A stretch of DNA of 64,000 nucleotides from Tubiluchus corallicola (Eukaryota; Animalia; Priapulida): contig JAQGDQ010000199.1 of NCBI GenBank assembly GCA_030141605.1, positions 1 to 64,000 of the forward strand, read 5' to 3'. The number at the start of each line of letters is the position of its first letter. Positions within the stretch are counted from its first letter, which is position 1. Below are positions 25,016 through 36,087 of this stretch, in pieces. The notes below the pieces were generated by a model, which was not told the DNA's origin, searched no databases, and saw only the letters and a program-made list of their open reading frames with translations. The translations under genes and the position numbers were made by a program.

Positions 25016-27280
25016 TCAACTGTGAATGCCGTAAAGGTCTGCACCTAACTTTTTTATATCTACCTGTTCCAGCTTTTTCCAAACGGATACAAAACCACCG
25101 AACCACAGCATTGACGGACGGTTCTTTTCCCAGAGATTACTAGCCATTACCATCTTCATCGCACCCAGGTAGCCCAGCGACAAAACTCCGTTTCTCGTGG
25201 GCACCGAGTCATTTCCAATGCGGCCATCGATTGCTTTGGCACACAGATTAATCAAGTACAGAAGTGGTATGGACTCAATGTCTTTCCTTGAGTGCTCTTT
25301 GAGTACATTTACGTCCCTCAGCAAATTATGTGGCATGCAGCCTTTCTCGGAGCATAAGCTTATGTATTTGAGCATGTTTCGGACTCGCAGAACAACGTTC
25401 TCTTCTGTCCAGCAGCGGTCATCTGAGGCTGTAACCGTCTCACGCAGAAAAGCGGTTTTTACTAAATACGAGTCGATTATTTTATGCGGAGAAACTCGTA
25501 GAGTAACAAAAAGATTTAAAACATCAACATCGGCAGCCATTGCTTTCTGGCGATTCAAATCTTTTGCAACATGCTCTCCAAATACGCCCTCTGGCGGAAA
25601 AGTTTCTGGAGCATACAAATGACTCTTTAGTAAAGCTTTTGCCATTATCATTGCACGTTTTCTTGACTTGGGCTTTTGGCGTATGATGTGACACTCCATC
25701 ACGGCTAGGGAAACTGTCCAAACTACTTCTGGAACATCCAAGTATGACTTGCAGACAACATGATGAGGTATATGAAACGCCATCTCTTGAGGACGAAGAA
25801 AACCTTGCGGTGGTTGTGATACCTCCAATGCAGGGGAAATATCCACCGATATCAGTAAAGACTTGTAATAGTCTCCTTTATAAACCAAATGAAAAGTAGT
25901 ACAGACTTTGTTCCATTCGAGGTCTACTAAAGAAAAACAAGACGTTGTTGAAGTCTTCTCTTCGAACACTGCATTCACTGCTTTGCAGATCAAGGTTACG
26001 AATGCTGCCTTGATTTTAGTTGAAAGAAAACTGGTTTCTACGACAAAGTCTGAAAATCGGTGCCGCGTTGCACCGTCTTGAATCAGAACCGTAGCGAACC
26101 CTGGACTTGCTTCAACGACTTTTACGTGTCCGTCCAAAGCCCGTAAAACTAAGAAAAAGTCAAACTCATCCGGTAATCCACACTTAACTCCGCAGGCGCT
26201 GCTGCCCACCAACTCCGCTGTCGACTCAAATCTGCTGTCGAGTTCTTTCAGTTTGTCGCAAATGCAGTCTACTAACTGCAGCACTTTTTTCTTGATGAAC
26301 TTACTTTCAGTTGTGTTTCGAAGCAGACCGATTGCCGGAATCTCTAGAATGTCTTTCACTGACCCACAATTGGCAATGGATTTTCTCATTTCCTTATCGA
26401 ACAAGTTCTCACAAGCAACATTTTCATCTGCTGTGACATACCGGGACTTCAGCAGATAACCAATCATAGCTCTGATCTTCTTGTTCAGAGCCATATTTGT
26501 TGCCAAAAGTATGTACCATTCCATAGCCGTCTGACCTGCATTGTTCTTCTTGTCAACGTCGATTCCATATTCAACCAACACGTTAACCACACCACTTTTA
26601 AGGCCCAAACCACCATCGTTAACAGAATAATGAAAGGCTGTTTCTCCTTTATCATCGCAAGCATTGACATTTGCACCATTTTCCAATAGCAGCCTGACGG
26701 TGCCTTTACTACCACTACTGGCTGCATAATGCAGAGGTGTACACTTTTTATTATTAGTGCAATCAACAAAAGCACCTCCGTCTATTAATAATTCTACTAC
26801 ATCATAATATCCATGACTGGCAGCACAGTGCAAAGGAGTATTTCCAGCATTGTCAGCAGCATCCATGTGTGCGCTTCGTTCTACCAAAAGCTTTGCAACG
26901 TCTACATGACCACCAGTAGCAGCAGCGTGTAGCAATGTCTTCCCAACAAGCGGTCCATCTTTCGCGTAATAATTAACGTCCATATTTTGTTCCAGCAACA
27001 ACCGAACCATGTTGATGTGCCCGCGGTGAGCAGCAAGAAACAATGCCGTTGCGCCCTGCTTATTAACGACATCAGTATCGGCACCTGCGGCCAGCAACAT
27101 TTCAAAAACATCCGTCTGCCCCAGTCCAACAGCAAGCATTAGAGGGGTGTTGCCTTCGCTGTTTTTAATGTTAATTTTTTCAGAATCACTAATAAGTCGT
27201 TTTAGTTTATTAATGTTGTTAAGGCGGATCGCCCAGTGCATTGACGTCCAACCAAAAATGTTTGATGTTCCTGCCCCCAT
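25016..27280 (-). CDS. Ankyrin-repeat plus Mab21/cGAS-like nucleotidyltransferase (cGLR-like) protein
   Basis: Seven to eight ankyrin repeats (for example GNTPLMLA, GNTPLHCA, CTPLHYA) followed by LVGSSACGVKCGLPDEFDFFLVL, ISVDISPAL, WTVSL and SYLVKTAFL, which parallel cGAS GS..NEFD, ISVDITLAL, WRLSF and SYHVKTAFF. ATG at 27280 is in an ACCATGG context; the ORF-track start at 27349 is a GTG. Confidence 0.9.
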   Translation of the reverse strand: MGAGTSNIFGWTSMHWAIRLNNINKLKRLISDSEKINIKNSEGNTPLMLAVGLGQTDVFEMLLAAGADTDVVNKQGATALFLAAHRGHINMVRLLLEQNMDVNYYAKDGPLVGKTLLHAAATGGHVDVAKLLVERSAHMDAADNAGNTPLHCAASHGYYDVVELLIDGGAFVDCTNNKKCTPLHYAASSGSKGTVRLLLENGANVNACDDKGETAFHYSVNDGGLGLKSGVVNVLVEYGIDVDKKNNAGQTAMEWYILLATNMALNKKIRAMIGYLLKSRYVTADENVACENLFDKEMRKSIANCGSVKDILEIPAIGLLRNTTESKFIKKKVLQLVDCICDKLKELDSRFESTAELVGSSACGVKCGLPDEFDFFLVLRALDGHVKVVEASPGFATVLIQDGATRHRFSDFVVETSFLSTKIKAAFVTLICKAVNAVFEEKTSTTSCFSLVDLEWNKVCTTFHLVYKGDYYKSLLISVDISPALEVSQPPQGFLRPQEMAFHIPHHVVCKSYLDVPEVVWTVSLAVMECHIIRQKPKSRKRAMIMAKALLKSHLYAPETFPPEGVFGEHVAKDLNRQKAMAADVDVLNLFVTLRVSPHKIIDSYLVKTAFLRETVTASDDRCWTEENVVLRVRNMLKYISLCSEKGCMPHNLLRDVNVLKEHSRKDIESIPLLYLINLCAKAIDGRIGNDSVPTRNGVLSLGYLGAMKMVMASNLWEKNRPSMLWFGGFVSVWKKLEQVDIKKLGADLYGIHS

Positions 27281-28399
27281 GGTCCAATCACTAAGCCGCA
27301 GCTGTGTTAGTGAACTTGGTGAAAAGTTCACATCTTGATGATTCTGCACATTCTGACGCTCACATTTTCATAATTCTTTATCCTACTAAAATAAAAAGTG
27401 TTGTTACTGCACAAAACAAAATAATTAAACTAATGACTTTTACTAATTACAGGAAACGGGCTACCCCCCCCCTACATTGCTCTTGGGTTTCTGAAACTAA
27501 AAGATATTTATAAATTATAAATGGCAAAATTCATATATAACTACCACTTGGGAATATAACCTTATTTGTATAGCAACTACTTTACGAAAATATCTGATGT
27601 TCTTAAATACAGCACTAAGGCCTCAGTAAATAGTTACTTATATTCCGTACTAATCAAGGTTCATGCACAATACAACATTGTGGAACTATTTTATGGAATG
27701 CCCTAAGCCCAGGTATAAAACTTTCCACATCCATTTCATTCATTTTGATTCCTTTGAAATCGTTAATCTACCCTCCACAAAAATTTGGCAAGACTGTATT
27801 ACTTTTCTCATTTTGCTTACTATTATCATTCTATTACCTAACCTCACTTTCGTTGTATGTATATATAAGTATGAGTGTAGGTTATGTACGCATATATAGA
27901 CATGTTTACATTTTTATGAATTAACATAATTATGACCTTGACTAATTGCTACTAGGCCACTGTTAATGTTAATAACATCTAATGAGAGGTGACTGACTGG
28001 GTGACCGTATGGTCTTTCGTCACGTCTGCTCATATTTATCTGTATCATATGCACTAACATCTTAACTACCGTATTAAGTTCATGAAGTTAAATAAATATT
28101 TATTACTATTACTATTGGTTTTGCGAACTCGCGCAAATTCATTCATATTCAATACCTTTCATCAACTGTCTTTGTCTAATTGCAGCGAGTTAGACAGCAA
28201 GAGTCAGAATAATGTAACTCGTCTGGGACTAGGCTACTTCACTCAAGACTTCCACTAAAATGGTCAAACAGCATTGTTGTTATTTAATTACAAATCTTAC
28301 TGGTAATTATGAGGCTTGACAATATTTCTCATCTCGGAGACTACAGGCAAAAGGAAAACAGTCAAGACTCCAAGCACACATTCACGAAAATTGCACATC

Positions 28400-28475
28400 A
28401 ACCAACGTGCGACGCACGTGTTTGTTTGCAAACACGGGCTTCCGGTGGTAATTGCACGTGCAGTTTCCGGTAGGC
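28400..28475. promoter_or_regulatory. Putative bidirectional promoter between the cGLR-like gene and cathepsin C
   Basis: CpG-richer patch between divergent genes, with two CACGTG E-boxes (about 28416 and 28455) and two TTCCGG ETS-type cores (about 28440 and 28465). Confidence 0.45.
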
Positions 28476-28562
28476 GTACTGTAGGGGCTGTAGTTTTGCT
28501 GCATTCAAAGTGGCAAATAGATGATCGTTGGCAGTGTTTTTTCTTTTGCAAATTCTTCAATC

Positions 28563-28713
28563 ATGTTGAAAAGTTGCTTGCTTTTCGTTTATTTCCTAGT
28601 CTGTGTTTGGGCTGATACGCCTGCAAATTGCACGTACGATGATATTCTTGGGACGTGGACTATTTTGGAAGGAGACAGAAATCATGATCGTACCATTCCT
28701 TGCGAGTCTGTTT
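28563..28713 (+). CDS. CTSC: Cathepsin C (dipeptidyl peptidase I) exon 1
   Basis: Signal peptide followed by DTPANCTYDDILGTW, the start of the exclusion domain. Donor GTGAGT. Confidence 0.95.
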
Positions 28714-31359
28714 GTGAGTCGAATTTTGATTATGCTTATTGTTTGTAATTCGATGAGCTGCATAGGTCTCTGAATTTTTTTGTTAAAGCGAAGTTGCAAC
28801 TTAGATTTATTTAAATGTATGGTGCGTCTCACAATCAATACTATCATTAGCTTAATTACATGTACTGCGAAATCAAACCGGATTTTTTCCACATCCCTTG
28901 CGTGTATTTTTCCTCCTTTTGCTCTTTTTCTCGTCTTTTCCACAGTGTATATTTTTAGCAAAAACTCAATGGCAAAGTTAACAAGTGTGTAAAAATTATT
29001 TTTTGAACACAAAAACGTTTTTGAAGAAATACGTCAGAGTAGCAATGTACTTTAACGTTTCCTTTACTTAATCTGACGGGTATTTCAACGACGTTTGACT
29101 TTTAGACATCCTACATGCATTGTGTGCTGTAGGTTAAACATTTTAGTCCAGCCAGTTCATTAACCAGCTGCCAAGCTCTTTATGAGGTCATTTGTTTATA
29201 CAATTGCTAAAGTGTAGAAAGAGAATTTAATACTAGAGTTTTATCAAGTTTAGTACAGTGAAATATTCACCTCAAATTACCGTTTTGCACGAGTATGCTA
29301 GCAGTTGGAACTACTGGATTCATTTGGTGAAATATTAGGAATGAATTAATGTCTGCATTGACCAAAAGGCTCTGTGCAATCTAGTGTTAGTGGCATTGAT
29401 TTACACTGCAATTGTCCTTGTCTCAAATTTAGGCTCATCCTCAACTTTCGCACCTTTCGTTTTTGCTCAAGTTTGGTATCAAAGATCTCACAATTATTAT
29501 GAGTTCACCCTATCGTGTCTGCCTTTTACTAGGATTATCCATTCTCATCAGAACATTTTGACTTTTTTAAATGACTGTTCACAACTTTGTGCAATTCTGT
29601 CTACAAAATTAGGGGCATTTCAATTCAATTCAGTTTTATTTGCACAAATGCATACAGTGTGCGTTGGCAAAATAATCTAATATGCATGTCAAATATTACA
29701 TAAACTGAAAATAATAACGCAAAGTTCTTTTATAGACAAATATTAAGATGTAGTATACTGATCCAAATATCGCAGTTAGATATTGCATCATGCAGCAATG
29801 AAAAAAGAAAAACGACTTAAGAGTAGTATCCGTTCCAGCTTTTTAGATGAAAGATTACAAAGATTGAAATGATGAGAGTTGAAAATAGTTGCGGTTAGAG
29901 TCTGCTGCCATAATACTGATTTCTTCTTCCCTAGGGCCAGAGTTATTGCCAAATTAAGTTTCTTGCCTTGATGTCATAAATTTATGCATAAAGTGTAACC
30001 ACAAAGCCTATAAAAAACAGCATTAAAAACAATTAACAACTATACATTATCTAACATTCAGAAGAAAACACTCCCCCAAATTAACTCATAAGTTTATTTC
30101 TGGTAAAAGCATTTGTAATTTTTAGAAACCTAGTGTTGTGTTTTGTTTCTCTTGGAAGGCTCGTAGAGAAAACCAGAGAACACGTCGTCAAATTAAACTA
30201 GTTTATTATGCGAGAATTCTACAACACAAAAGTATGAAGGAACGCGAAATGATTACAGTAAATATGATAATCTGGAAATGTGAACGCGAGAAAGCGTATC
30301 TGAGAACACGAGGAGGATACAAGAGAATAAACTCCAGCGGCCAGCTCTGCCTTATATATCAGGGCAGGGGAACAATCTAGAAATAGAAAGTTCTCGAAAC
30401 TTCTACAAGGTAAGAAGATTGTTCTACTATAGTATGGAATATTCCAGAATAAACTCCACAACACCTAGATCACTGTGAAACCCCCGCTTCTCTTTCCAAG
30501 GAGCTACAAATTTCCTGCTAAGTGCTGCTAAAACACTTTTTCTACATAGTAATACAAATAACAAACTAACATACTATAACAAAAACTGCGATTTTGGGGG
30601 GTATTCCCCCCGCCGTTCTTAGAGGAACGTGTGGTAGTGGCATTTAGTGGAAGGGGTCTAGGAGAGAAATTCGTAGCTGTTTGGAAAGGGGAGAACCTGA
30701 GATACAGGGTGGTGTGAGTTTTCTCTACAAATGCATCTACCAGAATGAAGGATTGTGAGTTAAGTTGGGGGAACATTTTTTCTGAGCAACCCTACATATC
30801 AGTTAAATAATGTTTTTGGAACATTTGCAACATCGAAAGTTGAAATTTGCATAAACTTTTGAATGGAAATAGTGAACCTTACGGTAGTTCCCTATATTAT
30901 TTCAGTTGCAGGGCTCATACTCGTCCTATAATTCATATGTTTTTTGAAAACGTCCTATAATTCCTATAAAACTTGATAAAATTATAAAAATGTCTTATAA
31001 TTCCTATAAAATCATGCATGCTCAATGAAATGAGAATGTTATTGGTATTTTTCATCGCTCATAACCACAATTAGATATTATAAGTGCATATCTTCATGAT
31101 TTGGGCATTTTAGTGAATGTCAATAACAGTTGTCTGTTGCGAAGTATGTATGTTTTTACAGAGTTGGTATTCTCATTGCGTGATTACAGGTAGGAAAAAT
31201 CATTTACTTTTGCAAAGAAATTGTAAAAAGTGTAAGGTTAGAAACGTTCATTTTTAAGGGAAAATCTCCTATAATTCCTATATTTTTTCAAAAAATGTCC
31301 TATATTTTTTTACAATAATGTACTATATTTTTGAAAAGTTGTTTCATTTTTTCTTTCAG

Positions 31360-31511
31360 CTCCGTTGAGAAAATTTAAGGTCAACTTGCACTTTCCGGAC
31401 TTCGCCGTTGATGAATATGGAAATGAGGGATTTTGGACTCTCATATACAATCAAGGATTTGAAATCGTTATCAATGACAGGAAGTACTTTGCTTTTTCCA
31501 AATACAGCCAG
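31360..31511 (+). CDS. CTSC: Cathepsin C exon 2
   Basis: Translates [32 protein letters not shown]; splice phases are consistent. Confidence 0.95.
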
Positions 31512-32215
31512 GTAGATTATTGCTTTCTCTATTTTTTGAAATTGAAAACTTTTTTGACTAACGTTTGCTCTTGTCAGTGTTGAAAGTAGATCTCGTACAA
31601 GCAAAATTGATACAAGCATAAATCAAGCATGTGGGAGAAAACATTCTTGAAATAAACAATTTTATATAATCAATTATGTCTAACCCAACTTTGCTATACC
31701 TTTCATTTTAATGATAAATAAGGAGGCTATCCACAAACCAGTGTAACTCTCAAGCAATTTAAATTGAGCACTGAATGTTGTACTTTAATTTTCACCTTCG
31801 CAAACACGTGCAATACACTCGCGGAAGTTCGTGCTGTTGAAAATTATGTTCATTTGTGACGTCTTAACTAGTTTGGTAATAGCCTTTATAGGCGCTAAAA
31901 TGTATACTTCATACTGTACTTCAAAATGGAGTAGAATAAAAAAATCGCCCTGTTTTCTTTTAAACTCTAATAAAGTTTTACTGTATAAATATAGTAAACG
32001 GTGATAGCGGAGTTATTCTTATTCAGTTTAATGTTCCACAGGATACAGTGACAGGACCAACCTGTTGTAAATGATTGTGGCAAAATCAGAACTAATTTTT
32101 ATGGATAAACATCGGTGATGAAGCCCGGATGTGGCAGCGTTGTTTTAGCTATGTATGCACGTGAATTCTTGTTCAAGGAGAGTAACATATTACATTTGTC
32201 CACTTGTTTTCTTAG

Positions 32216-32352
32216 GTAGGAGAAAATGTAACAAGTTATTGCGATCAAACTCTACCTGGATGGTCACATGATGTACTAGGTCACAACTGGGCATGCTATT
32301 CTGGTTTAAAGGCTGAATCGGTTGCACCAAAAAAACACTTAGTCAGCATAAA
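32216..32352 (+). CDS. CTSC: Cathepsin C exon 3
   Basis: Translates [30 protein letters not shown]. Acceptor cttag, donor GTGAGT. Confidence 0.93.
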
Positions 32353-32999
32353 GTGAGTTTGTAACTACAGTTATTCGTGTCCCGTTCACGTTTATCCTAT
32401 AGAAATTTATCCAACTTATATCCACAGTTGTTGCTGTTAGTGTGGCAGTGGTGGCGAGACAGCAAGAGTTTCTCTAGGTAGCTGTAATATTATGATGTGT
32501 CTTGCATTATGTACATCACAAATTCACAGGACAATGTGCAGGAGACTTATGTATCTTTCTGGGACTTTTTGTAACATTGCTTCCGAATTTTGTCTTTCAT
32601 TGCAGTTTTTAATTCAGAGGCAACAATACTTGCTGAACTAAGCAGCATAGCTTCACATGTTGACAGAAGCATAAATCCTTGTTTGCGAAGCGTACTATTT
32701 TAACAAATTACCCGCTCTTTATTCACTGAGCCTGCATATCCTATCAAGTCTAATCTATATCTTCTATATTAGAGTGTTCTGCTATAGTCAAACAGCAAAA
32801 AATTCTGATTCTGAAATCTGAAATGACGTCACTACAGCCACAGTTAGAACCACGTTTTGCTACACTTACTGACTCTACAAACAAATTTTTGAAGAATTCA
32901 AATGATTGAACTTTCTTGACATCATGATGCGACACAAAACGTACAATTACAAACTAAAACTACAAGTGTTAGTGCTACCTTGTTTGAAATTGTGTAAAA

Positions 33000-33482
33000 C
33001 AGGGGTGTGCAAATTATCTGACTAGCTGGGCCACATTAAACTTTCCCGCAATTCCTGCGGGCCACATGCAGTTTGGTCAAGGAGCCAAGTACAGAAAGAC
33101 CTAATAAAGATTTTTTTTGCATCCGACCTGCGTACATCATTACTACTACACTCAAGAAACTATTTTAGACGTTATTAAAATTTATATTACAAACCATATA
33201 TTTCTACTTTCAGGACAGATAGTGATAATTTCATTACAATGCATATTAGTAATGCGTATCACACAGTCTGTGTAGTACAGTGACATTAAGCTACAACCGT
33301 CTTGTAAAGGTTAATGGCATCCGATCTAGTAGAAAAAATTACCCGCACTATCTTTGGGATCGTGGCACGTACTTCAGCTGGATACACTCACTTAATCGCC
33401 CGGGCCGCACTTTCATTAGGTTGACAAATCTCTTTGCGGGCCGCACGAATTCTCTCGGCGGGCCGCAATTTGCACACCCCTG
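33000..33482. mobile_element. hAT-like MITE
   Basis: 16-bp terminal inverted repeats caggggtgtgcaaatt and aatttgcacacccctg, with repeated gcgggccgca subterminal motifs. Confidence 0.75.
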
Positions 33483-33642
33483 GTCTACGATGATCGTGAC
33501 TGTAGGATGATGCCAGTTCCGCTCTCACAGTCATGAAAAAGTTTTCCGGGATCGTGGTGGAAACTTTTTATCGAGCAACAGCATCCTGTGATTCTTTGGC
33601 TTTTGGTAATCACCAGCCATTTCAATTGAATTTTGATGTTCA

Positions 33643-34103
33643 CTTCTGCTTACAGTACCTCAGACTTCTACTTACAGTACCTCAGACTTCTACTTACAGT
33701 ACCTCAGACTTCTACTTACAGTACCTCAGACTTCTACTTACAGTACCTCAGACTTCTACTTACAGTACCTCAGACTTCTACTTACAGTACCTCAGACTTC
33801 TACTTACAGTACCTCAGACTTCTACTTACAGTACCTCAGACTTCTACTTACAGTACCTCAGACTTCTACTTACAGTACCTCAGACTTCTACTTACAGTAC
33901 CTCAGACTTCTACTTACAGTACCTCAGACTTCTGCTTACAGTACCTCAGACTTCTACTTACAGTACCTCAGACTTCTACTTACAGTACCTCAGACTTCTA
34001 CTTACAGTACCTCAGACTTCTACTTACAGTACCTCAGACTTCTACTTACAGTACCTCAGACTTCTACTTACAGTACCTCAGACTTCTGCTTACGTTTCCT
34101 CAG
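33643..34103. repeat. 22-bp minisatellite, about 20 copies
   Basis: Unit cttctacttacagtacctcaga. Confidence 0.96.
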
Positions 34104-35289
34104 ATGAAAAAGGCCAGCCCAGTACCTATCTGTACGTGCAATGTGCTTCAATAATTGTGAGTGCAATCACCCTATTGTCATATAATATGATGTATTTACT
34201 AAAGTCTAATATCGTGACATCAGAGTCACGTGATCAAGTAAATTAGGGACCACTCAATCTGGCATGCCTCCTTTTCTTGTTGCTCCTGTCGTGTTTTACC
34301 TTCCCCTTTTAAATATTAAAATAAAGTTTGTAGCCATCTACATTTACCTGTATGCTATTGTGACTGCACTTTCATCACACTTATGGCACATAGGAAAAAC
34401 CATTAATCACCTCTATTACTGACATATGCCCATACAGAACATTTACACACAAAACAGACAGTGTTCAAAATGAAAAATAAATTCATTAAATGCAGTTACT
34501 TCTATTTGTACCCAAACCCTGCAAATAGGGGGTAACTGTGTTTAATGAATCAATTTTTTATTTTGAAAAGTGTCTGTAGTGTTGTAGAAAACTGTATAGT
34601 AGACAACGTAGGATAATTGAATTTGTACAGAGCTTGAAGTATATTAGACTGAAGTTAGGGTAGACTGTTGTAGACTGGTTCACTCTGGTGGCTGAAACAA
34701 AGAACTTGAAATTGTGTTGAACTATGAAAGACTTTATTTCTATAAAGAATATGAAATTATGTTGAACTGTGAAAGACCTTATTTCTGTCTACACATAGCA
34801 CTATTATTTACAAGAAAGAAGACACATAGTGAACATTCAACAGCTGTGCTCAACCAGGCTGGGGCCTTGACAGAGCTGCCCAAGTCACATGTACCCACCG
34901 AACTTACCTGATTGGCTAATAAAACATACAAGCAGTCAACACTACCATATATGGGAAGCCCAGTGGCCGAGCAGCACTGACCAAGGCCACAATCTGGATT
35001 AAACTTGACTCAATTCAGTAATAAATAATTTTAAATGTAGGTGGCAGCACATATTAAATTATTATAGTAGTACTTTAAATTAATTGCAAATGAAGTGCGC
35101 GACAATTGTATATAAATATTATTTATTATCTGAGTAAAGATTTATAATAATGATAATAAAACCCTTGCTAACAAGATGGCATACTGTTTTTGGCAAGATG
35201 CACAAACATTTTACATGAACGAAAAATGACAAAAAAAACGTTAAAGTCTATTTTAATATTTCTAAATATTTTCAACTAATAAGTTATTG

Positions 35290-35440
35290 AACCCTAACCC
35301 TAACCATAATCCTATCCCAGCCCTAAACCTAGCCTCAACCCTAACAATAATCCTATCCCAGCCCTAAACCTAACCTCAACCCTAACCATAATCCTATCCC
35401 AACTCTAACCCTAACCTCAACCCTAACCTTAATCCTAATC
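35290..35440. repeat. Degenerate (CCCTAA)n-like hexamer repeat with a 42-bp higher-order unit
   Basis: aaccctaaccctaaccataatcctatcccagccctaaacct repeated about three times. Confidence 0.75.
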
Positions 35441-36087
35441 CGCGGTTCGACTTATTCAAGAACAGGTCTTGAAATGTACAAAATATTAAACTAAAACAAC
35501 AGAAGGGCTGCTGCCATATAAAAAGTGTATCTCCCACAATAAGCCTTTTCACAGTTCCAGCGATCGGTGATGATCGTGAAAAGGTCAAAGGTTAAGTTTA
35601 CCAGACAACATATTTGTGTGTGTACGCTTGATAATACCTTGCAACCCATACTATTGTACTAGTAACAGTTTTAACAGCTAGCTAGAACCTTACCTAGTTC
35701 ATTTTTTCTTTTTCCCAAGCAAGAGCCTGCTAGTAAATCACTCTATGCACAGACTAATGCATAATTAACCAAAGTCCACGTAAAGCAACTGAAGTTACTG
35801 AACTGATTTGGAAGAAGATTTTGTTTTACACACAAGTCACGTGACGGCTGTAGTTAAGACTCATTGCTGTGGTACACTTAACCTTCGACCTGCAGCAACT
35901 GCGCGTGCGCACAATGAAACATGTAAAGACTTATTGCTCCTAACATAGGTTTTTTCATACTTTTTGTTACACTTATTATTTTGATAGGTTTGCAGGGTAG
36001 TGGCTGATGCAGGATGCCTCGTAAAGTGATTACAAATAAAAAGCAAATTTTACATCTAAAATAATTAGATATTGCAATTTAAATGAG

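Noticed and set aside
27281-27349. N-terminal extension of the cGLR ORF from 27349
   Set aside because: The ORF-track start is a GTG. The first ATG, in a strong Kozak context, is at 27280.
33533-34246. 237-aa and 173-aa ORFs
   Set aside because: They are translations of the 22-bp minisatellite.
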